The notes below the pieces were generated by a model, which saw nothing but the letters and a program-made list of their open reading frames with translations, did no database searches and was not told where the DNA came from. From contig CM075993.1 of assembly GCA_038087875.1 (NCBI GenBank), positions 6,512,001-6,576,000 of the forward strand: DNA of 64,000 bases. Reading direction: 5' to 3'. Position numbers and translations under genes: made by a program. This document shows, in pieces, positions 27,401 to 39,400 of the stretch (positions within the stretch are counted from its first letter, which is position 1; every line of letters begins with the position of its first letter). This DNA is from Malacoraja senta. Taxonomy: Eukaryota.

Positions 27401-30400
27401 GATGTCTTTATAGGACTGGGTCACGGCATCTTGTTCAGTCCAGAAATTGTGTGTGGAAGGGTGTGGTCTTATGCTATACTGTTCTATTTCTAGGCAAGGA
27501 CTTTACGATGAGATGAGCGACCACACAGTGTAAACACACAGTGTTGATGGTGATAGATGGAGAAGGATTCACAATCTAACTGGAACGGGCAGAAAACCCA
27601 GCCCCAGCGTGGAAGTCACACTCACCTTACACAACTCGGGGAAGGTGACACACTCGCCTTTACACACTCGGGGAAGGTGACATCCCCACCTCACATAGTC
27701 TGAGAAGGAGGCACACTCACCTTGCACACTCTGCAAGGAGACACTCACCTTTCGCACCCAGGCAAGGTGACACAACCACCTTACACACTCAGAGACAGAG
27801 GCACACTCAGGGAAGGGGACATATCCACCTCACACACTCAGGCAGGGAGACACACTCACCTTACACACTTGATGCAGAAGTCACACTCACCATGTACACT
27901 CAGGCAAGGAGACACACACCGAGCACACTCAGGAAAAGAGACACGCGTACCTTACACTCGGGAGAGGAGACACACCCACCTTGCACACCTGTGTAAGGAG
28001 ACACCTTACACACTCGGGCAAAGAGACATACTCACCTTACACACAGGCAAGGAGACACACCTTACACACGCAGTCAAGGGGGCACACTCACCTTACACAT
28101 TCGGTGAAGGGCACACACCTTACACAGGGAAGGATACACACCCACCGCACACACAGTGAAGGACACACCCACCTTACACAATTGGGAAAGGTGGCACACC
28201 CACATTACACACAGGCAATGAGATACACCCGCCTTACAGACTCGGACACACCCACTTTATGCGCTCGGGCAAGGACATGCTCAGCAAGGAGACACATCCA
28301 CGATGCACACTCAGGGAAGGGGACACACCCACCTTGCACACTCATGGGACACGCCCACCTTGCACACTCGGGGAAGGGGACACACCCACCTTGCACACTC
28401 GGGCAATGCGGGAAATCCATGGATCAACATCAGGATCGTTCTGTGAATTCCTTTCTCGGAAGAACATGTAAATCAGGTCTCCCACCGGAGACATTCCCAC
28501 AAACCTGGGATCTGAAGGGAAGGAAGCAGGAATACAGATCATTGGTGCGGTGAACGCTGGGAGAGGAGGTCTGGTGAGGACCAGGGAACTTAGTTCAGTT
28601 TAGCGATACAGTGCAGAAACAGGCCCTTCAGCCCACCGAGTCCGGGCCGACCAACAATCTCCCCGTGCACGAGCGCTATCCTATCCTTACAGAGGCCACT
28701 TAAGCTAGAAATCCTCACGTCTTTGGAGTGCGGGAGGAAACTGGAGCACCCGGAGAAAACCCACATGGTCACAGAGAGAACGTGCAAACTCCTTACAGGC
28801 AGCACCCATAATCAGGATCGAACCTGGGACACTTTGTTAAAAATTGATTTTTGTTTTACCAAAAAATAATCTAAATTAACTATTTACAAAAAGACACCTA
28901 AAAGTACAAACAAACTCACCGCCATAATATCAAATAAACAAATATTCTTAAATATTATATAACTATTTCCCCATCCTTATTGAGGATACTCTCCACTCCC
29001 CGCGGTGCCCAGCGGTCCCGGAAATCCCCCATGGAGCACGTGGACAGCGCATAGTCCGTATCGAAAACCACCCGGGCGCGGACGTAACCCCGGAAAAAGG
29101 GCAGGCAGCCGGCTCGGGCAGAGCCCTCTTCCGCCTGGCGCCGTGACTCGCGGATGGCCAGCTTGGCCAGGCCCAGGTGCAACCCAACCAGGACATCTTC
29201 AGCCCTACCCTCTCCCCTACGCACAGGGTGTCCAAAGATGAGGATGATGGGTGAAAAATGCAGCCAGAAGGCAAGGAGCAGCCCCTTTCGATATTGGAAC
29301 AGGGGCTGCAGCCTCACACACTCCATGTACATGTGGAACACAGACTCTTCCAGCCCGCAACAGTGGCAGGCGGCTGGCGAGTCTGTGAACTGCGAGAGAA
29401 ACAGGTTGCAGGGAACACCTCGGTGCTATGACCTCCACCCCAGGTCCCCGGGTTCGATCCCGACTATGGGTGCTGTCTGTACGGAGTTTGTACGTTCCCC
29501 CCGTGACCGCGTGGGTTTCTCCGAGATCTTCAGTTTCCTCCCACACTCCAAAGACGTACAGGTTTGTAGGTAAATGTAAAAATTGTCCCTGGATTGTGTG
29601 GGATAGTGTTAATGTGCGGGGATCGCTGGTCGGTATGGACTTGGTGGGCTGAAGGGCCCGTTTCCACCCTGCATATCTAAACTAAATTGAGGAGTTCATC
29701 CAAGATGACACAATGTGTGGTCTTCCCCGTGTGGGACTGATATCCGGTGCTAACCCTCACAAGCTCCGTGGCAATGAATTATCTGAAGCTTTAAACAGCT
29801 GAGCCTTGGTTGTCTCAGGTTTGGTTCCATTCTTTGTGCATAGATATGATTCAACAGACGTCCTCTTAGTGAGAGAAACTGCACCATGACAATTCCTTAA
29901 CAATAAATTGACTAGGAGTGAAGGTGTTTTGATTCCTGCTACATTAGTGAGTTTTGGGGAACCCCAGTCACCAGCTTATTCTGCACAAAGAGCAGCTAGA
30001 AGTTTAGTTTAGTTTAATTTAGTTAGGAGATACAGCGTGGAAACAGGCCCTTCAGCCCACCGAGTCCGCACCAACCAGCGATCCCCACACATTAACACTA
30101 TCCTACACACACTAGGGACAATTTACACATACACCAGGCCAATTAACCTACAAACCTGTACGTCTTTGGAGTGTGGGAGGAAACTGAAGATCTCGGAGAA
30201 AACCCACGTGGTTACGTGGAGAACCTACAAACTCCGTACAGACAGCACCCGTAGTAAGTGTGGCGGCGCCTAATAGCAGCAGCTCGACTACAGTCGTCTG
30301 TCTTTTTAAAATTTTGTCTTGTTAAATGTATGTCTTGAGCCTAGTTTTTATTATTTTTTTAGCTGTGTATATGTGGGGGGTGGAGGGGGGGATGTGGGGG

Positions 30401-33400
30401 AAACCGTTAATCTCTTCCCTGTACGGGGACCCGACTTTTCCCCTGTCGGGTCTCCGGTGTCGTTGGGCCTAACATCGTGGAGCTGGCGGCGGCCTCCGGC
30501 CGGGACCAACCCGAGGGCTCCAGTCGTGGAGCCTGCAGACCTGACATCGCGTAGCTGGCCATCTTCGGAGCGGGAAGAGCTGTGGTGGCGCTCGGCTGCG
30601 ACCCGACTTCGGAGCTTCGTAGGCTCCGGCCGCAGGCCCGGTGGACAGGAACATCGGGAGCTCCAGGTCCCTGGTGGGAGACGGCATTTCGGAGCTCCTG
30701 CAACAGCAACTTCTCCCGCTGGAATCGCGGGGTTTAAAGGACACGGAGCCGGGGCCTAACATCACCCGGCGTGGCTTAATGGCCACAGGACTTACCATCG
30801 TCCGCCGGTGGCTTTAACACCGGAGGCCCAGTTCGCCTCGACGCTGCAGTTGGACTGCTGGACCGCGGGAGAAGAACAAAGGGAAGAGATGAGACTTTGC
30901 CTTCCATCACAGTGAGGAGGTGTTGGAGACTCACTGTGATGGATGTTTATGTAAACTGTGTTAAGTGTGGGTCTTGGGTTTCTTTGTAATGTAAAAACTG
31001 TAGAAAATGCAATTTCGTTCAAATCAAGTTGTTTGAATGACAATAAAAGGCATTCTATTCTATTCTATTCTATCCAACCCGGGTCTCCGGCGCTGCAAGC
31101 GCTGTAAGGCAGCAACTCTACCGCTGCGCCACCATGGCCACCCTTGGAGGAGACAAGATCCAAATTTGCTCCTTTGTTAAACTATTAATAAAAAATTGAT
31201 TCCGCTTGCCCTAAGAGCTCTATCTAACTCTCTTTTGAATACATCCAATGAATCGGCCTCCACTGCCTTCTAAGGCAGAGAATTCCACACATTCACAACT
31301 CTCTGGGTGAAAAAGTCTTTCCTCATCTCAGTTCTAAATGCCCTACCCCTTATTTTTAAACTGTGACCCCTGGTTCTGGACTCCCCCAACATCTGAAAAT
31401 GTTTCCTGAATCTAGCGTGACCAATCCATTAATAATTTTATACAGTACGTTTCTATAAGATTCCCTCTCATCCTTCTAAATTCCACTGCATACAAGCCCA
31501 GTTGTCTCTTTAGGTATGTGAAGAGGAAAAATTAGTTAAGACCAAAGTTGGACCCTTGAAGACTGAAAAGGTGAATTTATTATGGGGAACAAGGAAATGG
31601 CAGATGAGTTGAACAGGTACTTTGGATCTGTCTGCACTAAGGAGGACACAAACAATCTTCCTGATATACTAGTGGCCAGAGGATCTGGGGTGATGGAGGA
31701 ATTGAAGGAAATCCACATTAGGCAGGAAATGGTGTTGGGTAGACTGATGGGACTGAGGCTGATAAATCCCCAGGGCCTGATGGTCTGCATCCCAGGGTAC
31801 TTAAGGAAGTGGCTCTAGAAATTGTGTATGCATTGGTGATCATTTTCTATAGATTCAGGATCACTTCCTGTGGATTGGAGGGTAGCTAATGTTATCCCCA
31901 CTTTTTAAGAAAGGCGGGAGAGAGAAAACAGGGAATTTTACTTCGGAGTCACGTGAGTGACTACGTGAAGAAGAGCCCGTCCAGCCGCACACGCGTCATA
32001 TCGTCAGACGCATAGCGCAGCGACCGTGTGTAGAGGAGCAAAGCTCCTCCAAGCGGTAAGTGTAAAAGCCTGAAGGTAAGTGGTTTCACTTTCGCTCTCA
32101 GGTCGCCTTCCTCGTGAGAGACTTGTAGTTGGAGTACAACACAAGTTAGTAAGGAGAGAGGGCGTAGAGGGAGGAGGCGTACCGCAGGTAAACCTCAAGA
32201 AGACCGCGGGTCTGAGGGTAGCGGCCGTCCGTTGAGGAGTCGGTGGCAGCGAGGCCATCAACTCCAGATGCAATAGAAGAAATTACCGTTGCAGCGCCAT
32301 TAGGGCTCAAAGCCGGGCAAAAGTCCGTGCGGCCATTAGACTCTGAGGAGTCAGCCCGGAGGTTAACCCGCCTCAGGCAGACGTTATGGCTGCTCGGGTC
32401 ACCAGCTTAGAATTCCTCATGGGAAAATGATTTACCAAGACCCACTCCAGGAGGAACCAGGAGGAATACAGCCCGCGTTGGCCAACGGGAGAGCCAGCGC
32501 GGGGAGTGCCTTGGATGGGTCGGGCTCAGCGTTGGCCTACAGGAGAGCCAGCGCCAGCAATGCCTGAACAAAGGCAATTTATGCGTTGGTCTACAGGAGA
32601 GCCAGCGCCAACAATGCCTGAAGGAAGACAGTATAGGCGTTGGCCTACAGGAGAGCTAGCCCTGAAAGAGGGCCTACCGCAGAGCCAGCGCGGGGAGCAC
32701 CTGAAAAAGGGTTTACTATGCGTAGGCCTATGGGAGAGCCAGCGCTAGAAACACCTGAAACAGGGATACCAGATCGCCCCCAACATGAAGGAGGAGCAGC
32801 AAGATTCAGATGACGAATCATATGAGGACCAGAGCCCAATAACAGAGCCTAAAATACCAGGTCTGGCACAAAAATTTGCTGTTCCCAGACTAACAGGGGA
32901 ACCATTGGGAGATGAATTAGCAATGACTATAAATTATTTGCTCTCCCATCAGCTCCAGGAATTGACCATGGATGAGACTGTCAAAAAATATGAAACACCG
33001 CAGAATTGCGCACTGCTAGCAGTCCCAGCTGTGAATAATGTAATATGGGGCTATTTGGGCATTGCAGTACGCTCACAAGAAATGAAATTACAGCGGGTGT
33101 TGAAATTGCTGGGGTCAGGCATTACGGCTTTCGCCCGAGGTTTTGATGAGGAGCATGTGTCTGGATGCCAACAGGATGCCTTAGCACTTATGTGTAGTGC
33201 GCACTTTGAAATAAACTGTATTCGTAAAAGTGCTATAAGACCTAACATTCATCCTAAGTTTGCAGGGCTCTGTAAACCATCTAATATTCAATTGCCTCAT
33301 CTGCTTTTTGGAGAGGATTTAGCCAAAAGGGTAAAAGACCTGAATGAAGAAGCAAAAACCGTGGGGATGATGAAACCACTGGTGCTTGGCAGATCAATTC

Positions 33401-36400
33401 GAAGGCAGCTTCCCTACTGACGTGCGGTGACTGGGGCTGGTGAAGGAACAAGTCGGTCCTTCCCATTTATGCGTTATTGGCGCACTGCTCCTGGGGCACG
33501 TGGAGGTTACAGTATTCCCGCTAAGAGCAGGGGACAACATTTGCCATCGACAAACCCCGAGGTAGGTGGGTCTGATCCGGTAAGAGACATTTTAAATGTT
33601 TCACACTCACAAGTTGGAGATTACAATTCTTCCTAAAAGAATGGGAAAAAATAACATCTGATAAGTTTATACTGTGCAGTATTGCACAGTATACTGTGCA
33701 GTCACAACTTCATTCCCACCTCCTCGCGTATAACCTATTCGAACCCCTCCAATCTGGATTTCGCCCCCTCCATAGCACAGAAACTGCTCTCCTCAAAGTC
33801 CTCAATGACCTCCTTACCTCTGCTGACTCTGGCTCCCTCAATATCCTCATCCTCCTCGACCTGAGTGCAGCCTTCGATACCGTCAACCACAACAACAGAC
33901 TTAGGGACCTTGGCATTGAAGGTTCTGCACTCAGCTGGTTCCGTTCTTACCTTTCCAACCGATCCCACTTCATCTCTCTCCATAACCACACCTCTGCCAC
34001 AGCCACTGTCACTCAAGGCGTTCCCCAAGGCTCCGTTCTTGGTCCCCTCCTCTTCATCATCTACATCCTCCCCCTTGGTCATATACTCCGTCACTTCAAC
34101 CTGGACTTCCACTGCTATGCTGATGACACCCAGATCTATCTCAGCACCAAGTCCCCCCACCACCCCCCTCTCTCCCATATCAACTCCTGCCTATCAGCCA
34201 TCAAATCTTGGATGCAACTCAACTTCCTTAAATTAAACAGTAGCAAAACAGAATTTCTCCTCATTGGCTCCAAATCAACACTCACTAAAATTAACAACCC
34301 CACTCTCACTATCGACGGCACCACTGTCTCCCCATCTCCTCAGGCACGCAACCTTGGCGTGATCCTTGACTCAACCCTCTCCCTTGAGCCTCACATCCGC
34401 CATGTTGTCAAAACATCATTTTTTCACCTCCGCAACATTGCAAAAATCAGATCGTCTCTCACACCCCCCGCTGCTGAAAGACTCATCCATGCCTTCATCT
34501 CCTCCCGACTGGACTACTGTAACTCTCTTCTTTTCGGAATCAATTCCAGCAGCATCAAACGACTCCAACTGGTCCAAAATGCAGCCGCTCGACTCATTAC
34601 CCACACCAAATCCTGGCACCACATCACCCCAGTTCTCAAAGAACTTCACTGGCTTCCCATTTCCCACCGGATCACCTACAAAATCCTGGTCCTCACCTAC
34701 AAAGCCCTCAACAACCTGGCCCCCCCTTATCTCATTGACCTCCTCTCCCCCTACCAACCCTCACGGTCCCTCAGATCCACATCAGCTGGTCTCCTCTCCA
34801 CTCCGAAATCAAACCTCTGCACTTTTGGAGGCAGAGCCTTCTCCAGGGCAGCTCCCAGGCTCTGGAATTCCCTCCCACAACCGGTCCGAAATTCTGAGTC
34901 CCTCACCATCTTCCAGTCCCGCCTCAAGACCCATCTCTTCACCTCTGCATACCCTTAGTCCCATGTTCCCCCCCCCCCTCTGTCTTACTGCTCTGTTTTG
35001 TTTATTCCTGACTCTCAATTGTAAAGCGACTTTGAGTCCTGAAAAGCGCTATATAAATAAAATCTATTATTATTATTATTATTATTGTGGGATTTAGAAT
35101 TGAATTCTATCCATACTTGGATCCTCCAACTCAGCATATTTCAAACCGGACATGTATTTTCTCAAATCAAGAGAATATACAGATTCAAGCAGAACTTGAA
35201 ATATTGTGTAAAAAAGGTGTAATAGAAAAATCAGTTGACCAACACCACCAATTTGTGTCAAGTATATTTCCTAGACCAAAAAAGGATGGTGGGTGCAGAA
35301 TCATTCTAGATCTGACAAGTCTTAACCCTTTTGTACAATATAAACTTTTTTAAATGGAGACATTTGCCAATGCCATACAGCTAATTTCAAGAAAATGCTA
35401 TATGGCTAGCATAGATCTGCGAGATGCATATTACTCTGTGGCTGTGCATGGTAATGATCGGAGGTACTTAAAATTTAGATGGATTAGTCAATTATGGCAA
35501 TTTAAAGCATTGCCTAATGGTTTAACCTCAGCTCCGAGTATTTACAAAATTGTTAAAAACCAATCTTAGCATTACTAAGAGCTCAGGGCCATTTGCTAAT
35601 GGCCTATTTGGATGATATTCTGATTGTGGGAGACACTCGGGCTACAACAGAAGCATCAGTGTCAAGAATTAAGCTCACTTTCGAGAGGCTGGGATTTATT
35701 ATTCACCCAGTTAAATCCAAACTATTACCAAGCACAGTAATTGATTACTTGGGTTTCACTATTAATTCAGAACACATGGTAGTGACTGCCCAAGGATAAA
35801 AGGCTGCAGTTAATTGAAGGTTGTATTAAACTCATTACACAGCACCAACCCTCAATTAGGCAGGTAGCAAGCTTGCTTGGCAAACTAATTGCTTCATTTC
35901 CAGCTGTACAGTTTGGACCATTGCATTATCAGCAATTGTTTTTTGTTTTTTTTAATTTTTATTTATTAGAAGTACATTACATTACAACCAATTACATTAG
36001 TACTCATCACGTATATCTTATTACAATTAATGTACTCCGTCATTTTTTACACTGATAAAAAGGAAAGGTTGAGATTAAGAAAAAAGAGAAAGTGAAGGAA
36101 AATAGTGAAGGTGTAAAAATGTGACAACAAGAAAGAACAGAGACCCTGTAGAAAAGAAATTAAAAAGAAAGGATTAAGAGATAGACCCTAAAGAAGAAAA
36201 AAAAAGAGAAAGAGGAAAAAAGAGAAAAACAAATACTTTATTATAAGCATCACGCAAATGGGATATACCAACTCTCCAGCTTTCATCCCTCTTTACCAGA
36301 CCTCAGTTTTTTTTTAAAGTACTTTTGCACCCTATACTTGTAATAATTCTATAAATGCAGACCACATCAGGTGGAAGTGATCTGGTTTACCTGCCAGGAG

Positions 36401-39400
36401 GAGTCTTATCTCTTCTAGGTGTAATATTTGAAATCCACATGTTTATAGTTGGTATTGGAGCATTTTTCCAGAATTTTCGGATTAACTTTTTTCCAGTTAT
36501 TAACCCGTAATCTATTAATTTCTTTTGAAACACGTTTAGTTCAGGACTATCTTCCGTTGTTCCGAAGATAATCCATTCTGCTTTTGGTATCAGTTTTATT
36601 TTAAATAATTTTGTAAAGATTTCAAAAATTTCAATCCAAAATTTTTGAATTTTTGTACAAAAAACAAATGAGTGCGCTATAGTAGCTTCTTGAGATTGGC
36701 ATTTATCACAAATGGATGATACATTTGGGAAAATTTTATTAATTTTAGTTTTTGAATAATATAATCTATGTAAAATTTTAAATTGTATTAAAGTGTGTCT
36801 TACATTAATCGAACATTTATGCACATATAATAAATGTTCATTCTACCTTTCCTTTGAGATTTTAATAGCTAATTCTTGTTCCCAGTCTCTTCTAATACCT
36901 TCCGTAGATGGTATTTCTACATTTAAGATAATATTATACAAATATGATATTAAGTTTTTGATTCAGCTTTTATCTGCATTGCTTCATCCAATACATCTGC
37001 TGGGATATTATAATGATCTTTTGTATATTTTTTCAAATAGTTACATATTTGAAAATATTTAAAATATTGATTATTTCCCAGTTTATATTTTACTTGTAAT
37101 TGTTGGAATGATAGTAATTTTCCAGTTTCATACAAGTCACCGTACGTTTTAATTCCTAGTCTATCCCATTGTATAAAAGATTTGTCTGTAATAGAGGGAT
37201 TAAACGAAGGGTTATTAACTATTGGAGATAAAAGCAATAGATTTCTTAATTTTAAATTTTGTTTTATTTGTTTCCAAGTTCTGATTGTACTGTGTATAAT
37301 TGGGTTTTTGTTATAATTTATGTTATTCAGTTTCATTGGTGAGAGGAGGATCGCTCCAATGTTACCAGAGGAGCAGTCCTCTCTCTCCATTACAATCCAG
37401 TCCACTTGCTGGGCAGAGTTGTCCATCAGTTGGATCATATTTTTAATATTTACTGACCAATAATAATACATGAAGTTAGGGAGTGCTAACCCCCTAATAC
37501 TTTAGCTTTGTTCAAGTGTGTTCTTTGTATTCTATGGGATTTATAGTCCCATATAAAATTAGTAATGTCTGAGTCCAGTTTAAAAAAAAACTTCTTTGGT
37601 AGGTATATAGGAATCGATTGAAATAGGTATAAAATTTGTGGTAAGAAGATAATTTTTATTGCATTTATTCGGCCTATTAAAGACATCGGAAGCGTTTTCC
37701 AAAATTTAATTAATGTATTTAATTTATTAAGTAGAGGATCATAATTTGCTTTGAACATGCCTTGATATGTTCTGGTGATTTCAATACCTAAGTATTTAAA
37801 TTTTTCTGTAGCTATTTTAAAAGGGAATTTTAAAAGATGTGTTGAGTCTTTCGGTTTTATTGACATAATTTCACTTTTATTCCAATTTATTCTGTATCCA
37901 GAAAAGGATCCAAAGTCCTCAATTAGATTTAATATGTTTGGTATAGTAATTTGAGGTTTTGTAATGTACAATAATATATCATCCGCGTATAAAGATATTT
38001 TATTATTTGAGTATTTAATATTATACCCATGGATATCTGGATGTGTTCTAATTTTTTCATTAAAAAATTATCAGCAATTGGAGCGAGCAAAGGTACATGC
38101 ATTGAGGAGACAATCAGGGCATTTTGACAGGCCCATGCAATTGCCAGTTGCAGCTATTACTGAAATACAATGGTGGATCAGGAGTGTCTCTAATGCTTCC
38201 AGAGAAATTCTGGTTGAAACACCTTTCATTATTCTACAGACTGATATAAGTGCTCTTGGTTGGGGCACTACTAATACTATTGCCAGCTGTGGAGGTAGAT
38301 GGAATGTGGAGGAAGTACCTTTGCTCCAAGAACAAGGGATCAATTACCTAGAACTGTTAGGAACATTTTATGGGCTTAAAGCTTATTGTTCTAATATGCA
38401 AAATTTGCATGTTCAGGTACAGATTGACAATACTACGGCTGTAGCGTATGTTAATCACATGGGTGGTATCAAGCCAGAATCTTGTGATAGATTGGAAAAC
38501 GTGATCTGGACCTGGTGTATTACCAGAAACATTTGGCTTTCGGCAATCTACCTACCAGGTAGATTCAACATAGTTGCAGACACAAGGTCACGTAAATTCA
38601 ATGATAATACAGAATGGATGTTGGATCATGACAAATTTAATAAAATTGTTGCACGGTTCGGGATGCCAGAGATTGACTTGTTTGCATCCAGACTTAACCA
38701 CCAATTACCTAAATATGTGTCATGGGAACCTGATCCTGGTGCAGTAGCGGTGGATGCTTTCTTGCTGCATTGGGGTAAAATGTTTGTGTATGCATTTCCT
38801 CCATTTTGCCTCATTAGTCGGTGTATACAGAAGATCAAACAGGACTCCACTTCAGGGGTTTTGGTGGTACCAGACTGGCCTACACAACCGTGGTACCCTC
38901 TGGTGTTAAAATTGATCAAAAAGCCCCTTATGATGAATCCTAAACAGGAAAACCTGCTTGTGCACCCTGTATCTGGTGATTCGCATCCTTTACATGATTG
39001 TATTGGTTTGTTGATTTGCAGATTTTAAGGAGGCCATATCTCGGAAGAGGACTATCAGATCGTACTGTGGATGTTATTGCGGCAGCCTGGAGGAATAGTA
39101 CCGATAAGCAGTACATTTCTTACATAAGGAAATGGGAGGTGTTTTGCTTAAAGCAGAATATTACATATCACACTGCAGACATCTCAGACGTGTTAGAGTT
39201 TCTGTCAACTCTTTATTATGATTTACAGTTAAGCTATAGTGCGATCAATACTGCAAGGAGTGCCTTTTCTGCATATCTATGGAGGGAATCAGAACAAAAT
39301 CCTGTAGGATCACACCCTTGGGTCTGTAGGTTTATGAAGGGAATTTTCAATTCCAAGCCTCCTAGACCCAGGTATACAGAAGTCTGGAATGTAAGAGATA

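Noticed and set aside
27722..28553. His/Thr-rich ORFs of 145-190 aa on the plus strand
   Set aside because: Translations of the CA-rich minisatellite and the antisense of exon 7.
33696..34958. 420-aa RT ORF as a retron or domesticated gene
   Set aside because: It has L2 motifs, a (TAT)n tail and sits inside the DIRS RT, so it is an ordinary 5'-truncated LINE.
37964..38066. N-terminus of the 354-aa ORF
   Set aside because: Antisense L1 sequence fused by chance to the DIRS RNase H frame.
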